64,000 bases of DNA from Actinomycetes bacterium (GTDB lineage: Bacteria; Actinomycetota; Acidimicrobiia; Acidimicrobiales; Acidimicrobiaceae): assembly GCA_021850605.1 (NCBI GenBank), contig JAJZLQ010000081.1:13679-77678 (forward strand), written 5' to 3'. Below, piece after piece: positions 20,160 through 29,969 of this stretch. The notes beneath the pieces were generated by a model. That model did not search any database. It saw nothing but the letters and a program-made list of their open reading frames with translations, and had not been told where the DNA came from. Made by a program: the position numbers and the translations under genes. How positions within the stretch are numbered: the first letter of the stretch is position 1; each line of letters begins with the position of its first letter.

Positions 20160-21431
20160 ATGGCAGGCTTCGTCGATCAGGCGCAACTGCACGCCAAGGC
20201 CGGTGACGGCGGCGCGGGTTCGGTGTCGTTCCGCCGGGAGGCCCACGTCGATAAAGGTGGGCCGGATGGCGGGGACGGAGGGGGTGGCGGAGACGTGATC
20301 CTCGTGGCGACCGACGAGATGGCGTCGCTGCTCAGCTTCGCCGACCAGCCATATCGCAGGGCGGAGAGCGGAGTCCATGGGATGGGCAAGCAGAGGCATG
20401 GTCGCAGTGGCCGCAACTTGGAGGTCCTGGTACCCACGGGTACGGTCGTCCGCTCCTTGGAAGGCGAGGTTGTGGCCGACTTGGCCGAGGCAGGGATCCG
20501 CTTTGTCGCGGCAAAGGGCGGAGAGGGTGGTCGTGGCAACACGCGCTTCCTGGCCAATAAGCGTAGAGCGCCATCATTCGCCGAGCAGGGGGAGCCGGGC
20601 GAGGAGAATTGGTTCAACCTGGAGTTGAAGCTGAAGGCCGACGTAGCGCTGGTGGGCTATCCCAACGCCGGCAAGTCAACCTTGATCTCGGTGATTTCCA
20701 GGGCGCAGCCCAAAATTGCCGACTATCCCTTCACCACCCTCAAGCCCAATCTCGGCGTGGTTCGGCTTGCCGATGACAGTGAATACGTCGTCGCCGATAT
20801 ACCTGGGCTGATCGAAGGCGCGTCCGAGGGGAAGGGGCTCGGACTGGAGTTCCTGCGCCATATCGAGCGCGCACGAGTGCTGGTCTTCCTGCTGGATGCG
20901 ACCGAGTCCCAGGGAACGTCCGTGGCCGAGCAGTACCGTGTCCTCCTACGCGAGCTCGAGAACTATCTCCCGGAGCTGCTCGATCGCCCCAGGCTGGTAG
21001 TGGTCTCGAAGGCCGACGTACTAGACGAGGAGATATTGCACCATTGCGAGGAGTACCTTGGGGTGTCGGTGGACATGGCGATATCGTCGATTTCGGCTCT
21101 CAACGTGGAAGCCCTCAAGCGCAAGCTTGCTGAGGTTGTCTCGCGCTCCAGGAGCGAAGCGGGATCCACCCGCTCCTCGGACGCCATCTTCATCAACCTG
21201 ACGCCCGACGGCTTCAAGGTCATCCGGCTGGGTGAGCATCGCTTCCGCGTGCTTGGACGAGCCGCCGAGCGCGCCGTGGCTCTCTCGGACGTCACCACGC
21301 CTGATGCGCTGGAGTACATCCAGACCCGACTTCGCCACCTGGGGGTGGACAGGGCGCTGACCAGAGCCGGCGCGACGGATGGCGATGAGGTGGTTATCGG
21401 CACGTTCGAGTTCGACTACACCCGGGATTGA
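20160..21431 (+). CDS. obgE: GTPase ObgE
   Basis: GGPDGGDGG, VGYPNAGKST, DYPFTT, ADIPG, DUF1967-like tail. Confidence 0.97.
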   Translation: MAGFVDQAQLHAKAGDGGAGSVSFRREAHVDKGGPDGGDGGGGGDVILVATDEMASLLSFADQPYRRAESGVHGMGKQRHGRSGRNLEVLVPTGTVVRSLEGEVVADLAEAGIRFVAAKGGEGGRGNTRFLANKRRAPSFAEQGEPGEENWFNLELKLKADVALVGYPNAGKSTLISVISRAQPKIADYPFTTLKPNLGVVRLADDSEYVVADIPGLIEGASEGKGLGLEFLRHIERARVLVFLLDATESQGTSVAEQYRVLLRELENYLPELLDRPRLVVVSKADVLDEEILHHCEEYLGVSVDMAISSISALNVEALKRKLAEVVSRSRSEAGSTRSSDAIFINLTPDGFKVIRLGEHRFRVLGRAAERAVALSDVTTPDALEYIQTRLRHLGVDRALTRAGATDGDEVVIGTFEFDYTRD

Positions 21432-21525
21432 CGGCGGCACCCCGCCGTGCGGCAGGGGCTAGCCTGGCTGGTGCATGTGGCCTGGTCTTGGCGTCTGCGG
21501 TGGGCCGGCGCGAGGGAGCGCATTA

Positions 21526-22620
21526 GTGAATCTGGTCGTGAAGATCGGGTCTTCGTCGGTTACGACCGACGATTTGGACGTGAACCATCAGGTGCTTGAT
21601 TCGATCTGCGACCAACTTGTGGACCTGCACGCCGCGGGGCATCACGTAGCGGTGGTGAGTTCCGGTGCCATCGCCCTTGGCCTGGGTCGGTTGGGCATGA
21701 GGGGCGAAAGACCGGCTGACCTGGTCACCCTGCAGGCCGCATCCGCTGTTGGGCAGGTCGACCTGATGGCCAATTGGGCGGCCGAGTTGGCCGAGCGTGG
21801 CCTGGTATGCGGCCAGATCCTCCTGTCCGCCTCCGATTTCATGGAGCGCCGCCAATACCTTTCAGCTCGGGCGACGCTGTCCCGGATGCTAGAGCAGGGG
21901 ATCATCCCCATCATCAACGAGAACGACGCGGTCGCCGATGACGAGATCCGCCTTGGGGACAACGATAGGATTGCCGCTCTTGTGGCAGGCCTGGTCGGTG
22001 CGGAGGTTCTGGTCCTCTTAACCGACCAGGAAGGACTCTACACCGCAGACCCGCGTCGCTTCGAGGACGCGAACTTGATCGAAGAAGTGCAGGAGGTGAC
22101 TCGGGAGCTTGCCTCGCTGGCCGGTGGACGGGGAACCAGTCGGGGAAGCGGCGGAATGGTTACAAAGATCATGGCCGCCAGGATCGCCGCGTGGTCCGGG
22201 GTCGAGACGCTCATCGCAGCCGCCTCCAACCCCGAAGTGCTGCGCGCTGCACCCTCGCGCAAGCAGGGGGTCGGCACCTGGATTGCCAAGAGCCGCCGGC
22301 GCCTTCCTTCGCGCAAGCTGTGGATCGCCTTCGCTCTCCCGGCGAGCGGATACGTCAAGGTCGACGAAGGGGCGCGCCGTGCTATGCGAGACCGAGGTTC
22401 CTCGCTGTTGGCGGTGGGTGTGACCGAAGTGGGCGGTGCATTTTCCGCGGAGGACGCCGTCGAAGTTCTGGCCGATGACGGCACGGTTATTGCCAAGGGC
22501 CTGGCGCGGCTAGGCGCCCCAGAGCTAAGGGCCGAAGTGCAGCACCGTAGGGCGGGTATGGCGGCGGACTATTCTGCGCTGGCGTTACACCGCGACGACA
22601 TGATCCTCCTGGAGGGTTAG
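21526..22620 (+). CDS. proB: glutamate 5-kinase with PUA domain
   Basis: VKIGSS, VSSGA, INEND, GDND, GGMVTK. Confidence 0.95.
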   Translation: MNLVVKIGSSSVTTDDLDVNHQVLDSICDQLVDLHAAGHHVAVVSSGAIALGLGRLGMRGERPADLVTLQAASAVGQVDLMANWAAELAERGLVCGQILLSASDFMERRQYLSARATLSRMLEQGIIPIINENDAVADDEIRLGDNDRIAALVAGLVGAEVLVLLTDQEGLYTADPRRFEDANLIEEVQEVTRELASLAGGRGTSRGSGGMVTKIMAARIAAWSGVETLIAAASNPEVLRAAPSRKQGVGTWIAKSRRRLPSRKLWIAFALPASGYVKVDEGARRAMRDRGSSLLAVGVTEVGGAFSAEDAVEVLADDGTVIAKGLARLGAPELRAEVQHRRAGMAADYSALALHRDDMILLEG

Positions 22621-22660
22621 CCCGCCCCCGCCAAGGCCGCTCTCATTAGGCTGGAGGGGA

Positions 22661-23923
22661 ATGAAAGATTTCACCGCTGCGAATTCCGAACTGGTTGCAC
22701 TGGCCGGCAAGGTGAAGGGTGCGTCGCGCCACGTCAGGCTTGCTTCCGCCCAGCAAAAGAACGATGCCCTGGGCTATATGGCGGAGGGCCTCGAGCACGC
22801 TATCGACGAGATCCTCACGGCCAATGCCGACGACGTCGCGCGTGCTCGTGGCGAAGGCATGCCCGCCGGCCAGGTGGACAGGCTTGCACTCACCGAGTCT
22901 CGTGTCAAGGAGATGGCGCTACAGGTGCTCGAAGTCGCCGCTTTGGCCGACCCGGTCGGACAGATCACCCGGGGATACCGACTTCCAAATGGACTTGCGG
23001 TAAGCCGCGAGAGGGTTCCTCTTGGAGTGGTGGGGATAATCTACGAAAACAGGCCCAATGTCACCTCGGATGCCGCCGCTCTTTGCCTGAAGAGTGGCAA
23101 CGCGGCCTTTTTGCGCGGCTCCTCGGCGGCTTTCTCCTCGAACCGCTCCATTGCCTCGGTCCTGTCGGAGGCGCTGGTCAAGGCCGGGCTACCCAGGGAC
23201 GCGGTGGCGCTCGTACCGGATGCGTCGCGGGAATCGGCGGTCGCCTTCATGCGTCTGCGGGGCTACGTTGACTGCCTGATACCGCGTGGTGGACGGTCTT
23301 TGATTGCCGCAATCGAGGAGCACGCAACGGTTCCCTACATCATTGACGGTGAGGGGAACTGTCACATTTTCGTCGACGCCAGCGCAGACCTGGATGCCGC
23401 GGAGAAGATAGTACGCAATGCCAAGGTGCAACGGCCAAGCGTGTGCAACGCGGTGGAGACGGTCCTGGTGCACCGCGACGTCGCCGGGGAGTTCCTCGCC
23501 CGCATGGACAGATTCCTGGCCGAGGTGGAGATTCGCGGCGACGATGCGACTTGTGCGGCGATTCCTCGCGCTATCGCGGCCACCGACGAGGATTGGGCTA
23601 CCGAGTATCTGGATCTGAAGCTGGCGGTGCGCGTCGTCGACGACCTCGATCAGGCGGTGGACCACATCTCGCGCTACGGCACCGGGCATTCGGAAGCGAT
23701 CCTTACCAACGATTACGCCAATGCCAGCCGGTTCACGAGTGAGGTTGACGCGGCGGCGGTGCTTGTGAACGCATCGACCCGCTTCGTCGACGGCAACCAG
23801 CTCGGCCTGGGGGCTGAGATCGGTATCAGCACTCAGAAGCTTCACGCACGAGGCCCTATGGGGCTGGAGGCTCTCACCACCGAACGGTATGTTATCGAAG
23901 GCAGTGGGCAAGTGCGCGGCTAG
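22661..23923 (+). CDS. proA: gamma-glutamyl phosphate reductase
   Basis: PLGVVGIIYENRPNVT, PSVCNAVET, NASTRFVDG, ISTQKLHARGPMG. Confidence 0.96.
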   Translation: MKDFTAANSELVALAGKVKGASRHVRLASAQQKNDALGYMAEGLEHAIDEILTANADDVARARGEGMPAGQVDRLALTESRVKEMALQVLEVAALADPVGQITRGYRLPNGLAVSRERVPLGVVGIIYENRPNVTSDAAALCLKSGNAAFLRGSSAAFSSNRSIASVLSEALVKAGLPRDAVALVPDASRESAVAFMRLRGYVDCLIPRGGRSLIAAIEEHATVPYIIDGEGNCHIFVDASADLDAAEKIVRNAKVQRPSVCNAVETVLVHRDVAGEFLARMDRFLAEVEIRGDDATCAAIPRAIAATDEDWATEYLDLKLAVRVVDDLDQAVDHISRYGTGHSEAILTNDYANASRFTSEVDAAAVLVNASTRFVDGNQLGLGAEIGISTQKLHARGPMGLEALTTERYVIEGSGQVRG

Positions 23924-23944
23924 CGCAAGGGAACGGATGGAACA

Positions 23945-24823
23945 TTGAAAGCCACGGGCGAGGGATTTGCAGGAATAGACCAGGTGAGCGAGGCACTCGC
24001 CCAGGCTTCGTATTTGCCGAGCCAGGAGATCTCCACCACCGTCTACCTGGCCACGGTGTTGCATAAGCCCATCCTTGTCGAGGGTCCGGCCGGTACAGGG
24101 AAGACGGAGCTGGCCAAGGCCCTCGCGCGAGCTCTCGATGCGGAGCTGGTCCGCCTGCAGTGTTACGAAGGGCTTGATGACGCCAAAGCGATCTACGAGT
24201 GGAACTACTCCAAGCAGCTGCTGCGAATACAGGCCGCCAGGGCCGCTGGCGAGGATCCCGCCGACTGGGACGCGGTCAAGGAGAACATCTTTTCGGAGGA
24301 GTTCCTGCTTGCCCGCCCGCTGCTGCGAGCTATCTCCTTGGAAGATCCGGCGGTCCTGTTGATTGATGAAATCGACCGGGTCGAGCTCGAGACCGAAGCC
24401 CTCTTCCTGGAGCTGCTTTCGGACTTCCAGATCACCATCCCCGAATTTGGTACCGTCTCGGCCACCCGCCAACCGATCGTGATCCTTACCTCGAACAACA
24501 CTCGCGAGCTCTCCGAAGCTCTCAAGCGCCGATGCCTCTTCCTGCACATCGGTTACCCGAGCAAGGAGAGGGAGAAGGCGATTCTCATGCTCAAGGTGCC
24601 GAGCCTTCCCGAGGAGCTGGCGGCCAAGATCGCAGACTTCGCGGCAATGTTGCGATCCCTGGATCTCAAGAAGCACCCCTCTATATCCGAGACCCTCGAT
24701 TGGGCGGTCACCCTGCTCACGCTGGATGCCAAGGATCTGGATCCCGCGACGGTTGCCTCGACGCTCAACGTGCTGCTCAAATACCAGGCGGACGTGGAGA
24801 AGGCCCGGGCGAAACTCGGATAG
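23945..24823 (+). CDS. MoxR/CoxD-like AAA+ ATPase
   Basis: EGPAGTGKT, RLQCYEG, LLIDEID, ALKRRC. Confidence 0.9.
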   Translation: MKATGEGFAGIDQVSEALAQASYLPSQEISTTVYLATVLHKPILVEGPAGTGKTELAKALARALDAELVRLQCYEGLDDAKAIYEWNYSKQLLRIQAARAAGEDPADWDAVKENIFSEEFLLARPLLRAISLEDPAVLLIDEIDRVELETEALFLELLSDFQITIPEFGTVSATRQPIVILTSNNTRELSEALKRRCLFLHIGYPSKEREKAILMLKVPSLPEELAAKIADFAAMLRSLDLKKHPSISETLDWAVTLLTLDAKDLDPATVASTLNVLLKYQADVEKARAKLG

Positions 24824-24830
24824 GAGACCG

Positions 24831-26234
24831 ATGATCGATCAGCTGGTCTCCTTTGCGGATGCCTTGCGCGAGGCCAAGGTCCCGGTTTCCATGACGGAGG
24901 TGGTCGATGCCACTTCAGCCGTGCGCGCGCTTGGAGAGATCGACCGGCCCACTTTCCGCACCGCCCTTTTTGCGACCATGATCAAGGACGAGGGCCATCG
25001 TGAGGTCTTCGATCTCCTCTTCGACGTCTTCTTTGCCAATCGCCATCCAACCTCGTCGAGGGATGAGGAGCCGGAACGCGGGGAAGGAGGCGAAGTCCCC
25101 CCGAGTGAGGCGCAGCAGCTTGGGGGTGGGGGCGGTGGTGCCGACGAGCTCCGCCGAATGATGATTGAGGCGATGCTCGCCGGCGATATGGCCCGCCTGG
25201 CCCGCCTGGCACGAGCTGCGGTGGCACGTCACGGTGGATTGGAGAAGGGGCGCGCTGTAAGCGGCGTATATTACGCCTACCGCACCCTGAAGCAACTCGA
25301 TGTGGAGATGGTCTATGCGAAGCTCCGCGAGGAGCTGGCCGGGACGGAGGGTGAGGGAGCCATCGGGGAGGCCATCCTGGCTACTCACGTCGAGCAGCTG
25401 GTGGCCGAACTGCGCCAAGCGATTGAGGCGGAAGTACGTCGCATGCTTGTCGAAGATCGCGGTGAGGAGGCGGTGGCGCGCACCCTGCGTCCGCTCCTGC
25501 CAGAGGACATCGACTTCATGCAGGCATCCCGTGACGAGATTCAAAAGATTCGCCACGCCATCGGACCGCTGGCGCGCAAGCTGGCGACTCGGCTGGCCAA
25601 GCGTCGCATGAGCAGGAGGAAGGGACCGCTCGACTTCCGGCGCACGTTTCGCGAGTCCCTCGGCTACGGAGGTGTCCCGGTCAAGCTTGAGTTCCGGCCC
25701 CCGCGGCTCTCCAAGCCCGAGATATTCATCATTGCGGACATCTCAGGATCGGTCGCCGCCTTTGCACGTTTCACGCTCCAGCTCGTCTACGCACTCTCGG
25801 AGGAGTTCAAGAAGGTCCGCAGCTTCGTCTTCATCGATGCGATCGACGAGGTCACCGGTTACTTCGAGAGCGCCGGCTCCGTCGAGGAGGCGCTCAAGCT
25901 TGTGAACACCAGGGCCAACGTTGTCCATGTTGACGGCCACACCAACTACGGCCATTCCTTCGAGCAATTCCGGGAGAACTACCTGCCACAGCTCTCGAAG
26001 AAGTCGACCGTTATCGTCCTTGGCGATGCGCGCAACAACTACCATGCCTCCCGAGCGGATTTGCTAGGTGAGATACGCTCCCGGGCGTCGCGACTCTATT
26101 GGCTGAACCCGGAGCCGGCTTCCTATTGGAACTCAGGCGATTCGGTGATAAACGAATATTCGCGATACTGCGACGCGGTGGTGGAGTGCCGCAACCTGCG
26201 CCAACTCGAGGCATTCATAGAGCTGATCGGCTGA
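24831..26234 (+). CDS. CoxE-like VWA-domain protein
   Basis: ADISGSV MIDAS motif, GHTNYG, LGDARNN, WLNPE; follows the MoxR gene. Confidence 0.88.
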   Translation: MIDQLVSFADALREAKVPVSMTEVVDATSAVRALGEIDRPTFRTALFATMIKDEGHREVFDLLFDVFFANRHPTSSRDEEPERGEGGEVPPSEAQQLGGGGGGADELRRMMIEAMLAGDMARLARLARAAVARHGGLEKGRAVSGVYYAYRTLKQLDVEMVYAKLREELAGTEGEGAIGEAILATHVEQLVAELRQAIEAEVRRMLVEDRGEEAVARTLRPLLPEDIDFMQASRDEIQKIRHAIGPLARKLATRLAKRRMSRRKGPLDFRRTFRESLGYGGVPVKLEFRPPRLSKPEIFIIADISGSVAAFARFTLQLVYALSEEFKKVRSFVFIDAIDEVTGYFESAGSVEEALKLVNTRANVVHVDGHTNYGHSFEQFRENYLPQLSKKSTVIVLGDARNNYHASRADLLGEIRSRASRLYWLNPEPASYWNSGDSVINEYSRYCDAVVECRNLRQLEAFIELIG

Positions 26235-26704
26235 GGCTGTTTCAACGGGCCGGGCTTCGGGTTCCGCCGCTGGCGGATCGCGGTTTCCCCCTCCGTAGAC
26301 CATGTCCTGCTACGGCGAATTGGGTCCGGTGCCATGATAGGGCTTGGCCGTCGGAGAATATGGCGCGGCCGATGCTCCCGCCACGCCGCTTGGCAAAACG
26401 GCGCGAGATGCCGGAACCGAATTCAGGTCCGGTCCTCTACGGGGTTTCTGGCATGGATCGACCTCGAGCTCAATGAATGACGGCCGGTCGACCGATACGC
26501 ACTATCCGGCGTGGCCTGGGCGTTGCGCGCCGAGGGAGTCTCTCGAGTAGTTTGCGCAGCGGGTTCGGCGATGACTGGAGCGCCAGGGATCCACCCCTTC
26601 CCGAACGTGAAACCTGTCGTTTCGAACGAGGTGAGCCGGCCCGAGCGGGGAGCGTCACCAGAGGTGCCTGCGTAGGCCGAGTTCGCAGCTCTTGGACGCG
26701 GCGT

Positions 26705-28171
26705 CTAACAGGAGACGTCGGCGTCGTAGTTGCTCATGAAGCCGGTCTGGATATACCAGGGTATTCCGCCGGCGAATGGGTTCAGGGCGCCCGTGGTGCT
26801 GTAGAGCGTGGTGCAGGCCGAAAGTCCGTCCGAGGAATAGAACCAAAGCGGGATCGGCCCACCCCCGGGACCAAGTATGGTGGCGCCGCCACCGCTGGTC
26901 GTGCCCGTGGTGATCTGCGCGTACATCGTCGCATGGCCAGAGTAGAGGCCGGCAATGATCCCTTTTTGGTTGAAGTAGTCGACCGCGCCTTGGATCGCTG
27001 CGGTGTTGACGGCCGGGTCGGAAGTCCAGTAGGTGCCGGCACCTTCCACGTCTATCCACCAGATCGGCGAGGAGACGCCTGCGGCGTTGGCTTGGGCGAG
27101 CGCGTATGCGGCGTCGTTGTAGCCGTAGTTGAAGGCCTGTGCGGCAAGCGTTGTGGGCGACTGCGGCCCGCTTGTGTACTCCGTGCTCGGCGTCGAGCCC
27201 CAGGAACCGTTGACGATTGGTAGGCCCATGAAGGTGTAGAGCTGGTAGCTGCCTTGCGCCCAGGTCGCCTCCTTTGCCATGCAGGGGTTGGACGAGGTGA
27301 ACGGCCAGCCGTTTACTTCGACCATTACGAAGGTACCGCTGGTTGGCGGGGTGGACAGGCCGCACTGGAAGTTGCTCACGTCGAAGCCGACGGCACCCGT
27401 CATGGACGAGACGATGTAGGTGGCCGAATTGAGACTGACCACCGGCGCAGGGAGTGTGGTTCCGCCCTGGGAGCCAAAGAAGGTGGCATCGCCGAAGGTG
27501 AAGATGCCGCCGTCCGAGGCGACCAGCCAGTACCCCCGGCCATCGGGGGTCGAGGACATGCCGACGATGGGCTTGTTGAGGGTCATGCCGCCCGTGGAGC
27601 CAAAGAAGGTGGCATCGCCGAAGCTGAAGATGCCGCCGTCCGAGGCGACCAGCCAGTAGCCCTTGCCATCGGGGGTCGCGGCCATCCCGACCACCGGCTT
27701 GTTGAGGGTCATGCCGCCCGTGGAGCCGTAAAAATGAGCATCGCCGAAGCTGAAGATGCCGCCGTCCGAGGCGACCAGCCAGTAGCCCTTGCCATCGGGG
27801 GTCGCGGCCATGCCGACGATCGGCTTGTTGAGGGTCATGCCGCCCGTGGAGCCGTAGAAATTGGCATCGCCGAAGCTGAAGATGCCGCCGTCCGAGGCGA
27901 CCAGCCAGTACCCCAGCCCGGTCGGAGTGCTCGCCGAGCCGACGATCGGCTTGTTGAGGGTTATCTGGCTGGTGTCGCCAAAGAAGCGGGCGGCGCCGTG
28001 GCTATAGATGGTCCCGTTGGCGGTGATGATCCGGTAGCCGAGATAGTTGACTGAAGACACCGGCGCCGAGCGCGGCATCGATCTCTTCGCACCTGTTGAC
28101 GGCGCGCCTGAAAACGCTGCCACCAGCAGGATCGAAAAAACGACAATAAGGAGCCTAACAGTGCGCTTCAT
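26705..28171 (-). CDS. secreted protein: signal peptide, 42-aa repeats, GH25-like muramidase domain
   Basis: Hydrophobic N-terminus (MKRTVRLLIVVFSILLVAAFS); repeats GYWLVASDGGIFSFGDA; catalytic-like GFDVS and WWIDVE. Confidence 0.75.
   Translation of the reverse strand: MKRTVRLLIVVFSILLVAAFSGAPSTGAKRSMPRSAPVSSVNYLGYRIITANGTIYSHGAARFFGDTSQITLNKPIVGSASTPTGLGYWLVASDGGIFSFGDANFYGSTGGMTLNKPIVGMAATPDGKGYWLVASDGGIFSFGDAHFYGSTGGMTLNKPVVGMAATPDGKGYWLVASDGGIFSFGDATFFGSTGGMTLNKPIVGMSSTPDGRGYWLVASDGGIFTFGDATFFGSQGGTTLPAPVVSLNSATYIVSSMTGAVGFDVSNFQCGLSTPPTSGTFVMVEVNGWPFTSSNPCMAKEATWAQGSYQLYTFMGLPIVNGSWGSTPSTEYTSGPQSPTTLAAQAFNYGYNDAAYALAQANAAGVSSPIWWIDVEGAGTYWTSDPAVNTAAIQGAVDYFNQKGIIAGLYSGHATMYAQITTGTTSGGGATILGPGGGPIPLWFYSSDGLSACTTLYSTTGALNPFAGGIPWYIQTGFMSNYDADVSC
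27440..28050 (-). repeat. 126-bp intragenic tandem repeat, 4 near-identical copies plus 1 degenerate (ends approximate)
   Basis: GAAGATGCCGCCGTCCGAGGCGACCAGCCAGTA recurs at 27500, 27626, 27752 and 27878. Confidence 0.95.
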
Positions 28172-28500
28172 GCCCGTTGCGTGCCTCTTCGGTGGTCCGA
28201 TTCCTGGCCGCCCGGCCCAAAGTGCCGGGCTCCGTTGCACCGGGTCAATCGGCGCAACGCACTATTGAGTTATCGGTCCAGAGTACGCGCTGCTGAAATA
28301 TAACCGGCAAAATGGCAGGCCTGCAGATGCCCTGGCAGGAGGATTGTTGCAAGCAGCATCGCAGGTGAAAGGTACAAAATGTTCTTCGATGTCGAAGCTG
28401 GTGCCTGGGTGATGGGCGGACATCGTGGGCAGCAAGAGGCGAATGCTTTCGACCTTTGCGGAATCGTGCTGTTATCCAGTGTGCCCGCAGGCCGGGAGCC

Positions 28501-29838
28501 TCAGCTCTGGATCAGCATCTCCGCAACTCGATAGACGAGGTCAAGAGACTGGCGTGCGTTCAGGCGCGGATCGCAGATGGTGTTGTAGGCGGTGTCGAGA
28601 TCCTCGACACTGACCTCGCGTGAACCGCCAAGGCACTCGGTCACGTCCTCTCCCGTAAGTTCGACGTGGATGCCGCCGGGCCAGGTACCGAGCTTTCGGT
28701 GGACTCTGAAGAATCCGGCCACCTCGGCTATGACCGCCTCGAGGTTGCGGGTCTTGAATCCGTTCTCCGAGACGAAGGTGTTACCGTGCATCGGATCACA
28801 CGACCATATCACCGGGTGGCCCGCGTCGGTAACGGCCTTGACCAGTGGTGGAAGCTTGGATGCGACTTGCTCGGCGCCCATCCTGGAAACGAGAGTCAAC
28901 TTGCCGGGGATGCGATGGGGGTTTAGAATTTCGCAGATCTCGAGGGCTTCGGACGGGGTCGTTGACGGCCCGATCTTGCATCCCACGGGATTGGCGATAC
29001 CCCGGGCGAATTCCAGGTGGGCATGCCCTATCGCTCGGGTCCGCTCCCCGATCCACACCGAATGCGCGCTCAGGTCGAAATACTGGCCCGAGGCCCGGTC
29101 ATAGCGGGTCAAGGCGGAGTCGTAACCGAGCAGCAGGGCCTCGTGGGAGGTCCAGAAGTTGACCTCCCTCAGGTGCTCCTCCTGGTTCAGGTCGATGCCG
29201 CAAGCCGCCATGAACTTGAGCGCGCGCTCGATCTCGAAGGCGACCGCCTCGTAGCGCTGCCCCTCTTCGGATGTGGCAACGAACTCCTGGTTCCATGTGT
29301 GGACCTTGGAGAGGTGGCTGAAGCCTCCCTTGGTCAGGGCGCGCAGAAGGTTCAGCGTTGCGGCCGATTGGTAATACGCCTGGATCAGCCGGCGCGGATC
29401 GGGACGCCGTGCCTCCGGGGTGGGTGCGTCGCCGTGCACGATGTGACCGCGGAAGGCTGGGAGGATCTGCCCCCCGATGTTCTCGGTGGCCGACGAGCGT
29501 GGCTTGGCGAACTGGCCTGCGATACGTCCCAGCTTTATAACCGGCACTCCGGATGAGTAGGTCAAAACCACGGCCATCTGCAGGATGACCTTGAGCTTGT
29601 TGCGTACCGTGTCCGCCGAGTAGTCCTGGAACGACTCTGCGCAATCGCCTGCCTGCAGCACAAATGCCTTGCCTTTGGCGGCCACGGCGAGCTGCTGGGA
29701 AAGGTCGCGGATCTCTGCCGGGTAGACGAGGGGCGGAAGCGAAGCGAGTTCTTTCTCGGCCAGCTCAACCTGGCCTGGGTCGTCCCATTCCGGCTGCTGG
29801 AGAATGGGCAGCTCCCGCCAAGAATCCGGTGTCCACAC
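28501..29838 (-). CDS. class II DAHP synthase
   Basis: LQAGDCAESF, GRIAGQFAKPRS, WIGERTR, CDPMHGNT, CDPRLN. Confidence 0.95.
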   Translation of the reverse strand: MWTPDSWRELPILQQPEWDDPGQVELAEKELASLPPLVYPAEIRDLSQQLAVAAKGKAFVLQAGDCAESFQDYSADTVRNKLKVILQMAVVLTYSSGVPVIKLGRIAGQFAKPRSSATENIGGQILPAFRGHIVHGDAPTPEARRPDPRRLIQAYYQSAATLNLLRALTKGGFSHLSKVHTWNQEFVATSEEGQRYEAVAFEIERALKFMAACGIDLNQEEHLREVNFWTSHEALLLGYDSALTRYDRASGQYFDLSAHSVWIGERTRAIGHAHLEFARGIANPVGCKIGPSTTPSEALEICEILNPHRIPGKLTLVSRMGAEQVASKLPPLVKAVTDAGHPVIWSCDPMHGNTFVSENGFKTRNLEAVIAEVAGFFRVHRKLGTWPGGIHVELTGEDVTECLGGSREVSVEDLDTAYNTICDPRLNARQSLDLVYRVAEMLIQS

Positions 29839-29969
29839 GTCAAGTCTCCATCTTCGCCGGCTGACGGGCTCCCCCCAACCATCGCAGCTTGGCGCGGCCG
29901 TAGCTGATCCCGAACGGGTCCAGCTTCTCTGTTACTTATAGGATAAGGCGGAAAGCTTCCGAAGGGTGA

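Noticed and set aside
23945-26234. MoxR-VWA pair as a sign of CO dehydrogenase
   Set aside because: No coxMSL genes in the window; this chaperone pair is widespread.
27440-28050. 126-bp repeats as a CRISPR array
   Set aside because: In-frame coding repeats with no unique spacers.
28172-28500. c-di-AMP riboswitch upstream of the cell-wall hydrolase
   Set aside because: No recognisable ydaO/yuaA conserved segments.
29839-29969. Aromatic amino-acid attenuator before DAHP synthase
   Set aside because: No leader ORF with Trp, Phe or Tyr runs.
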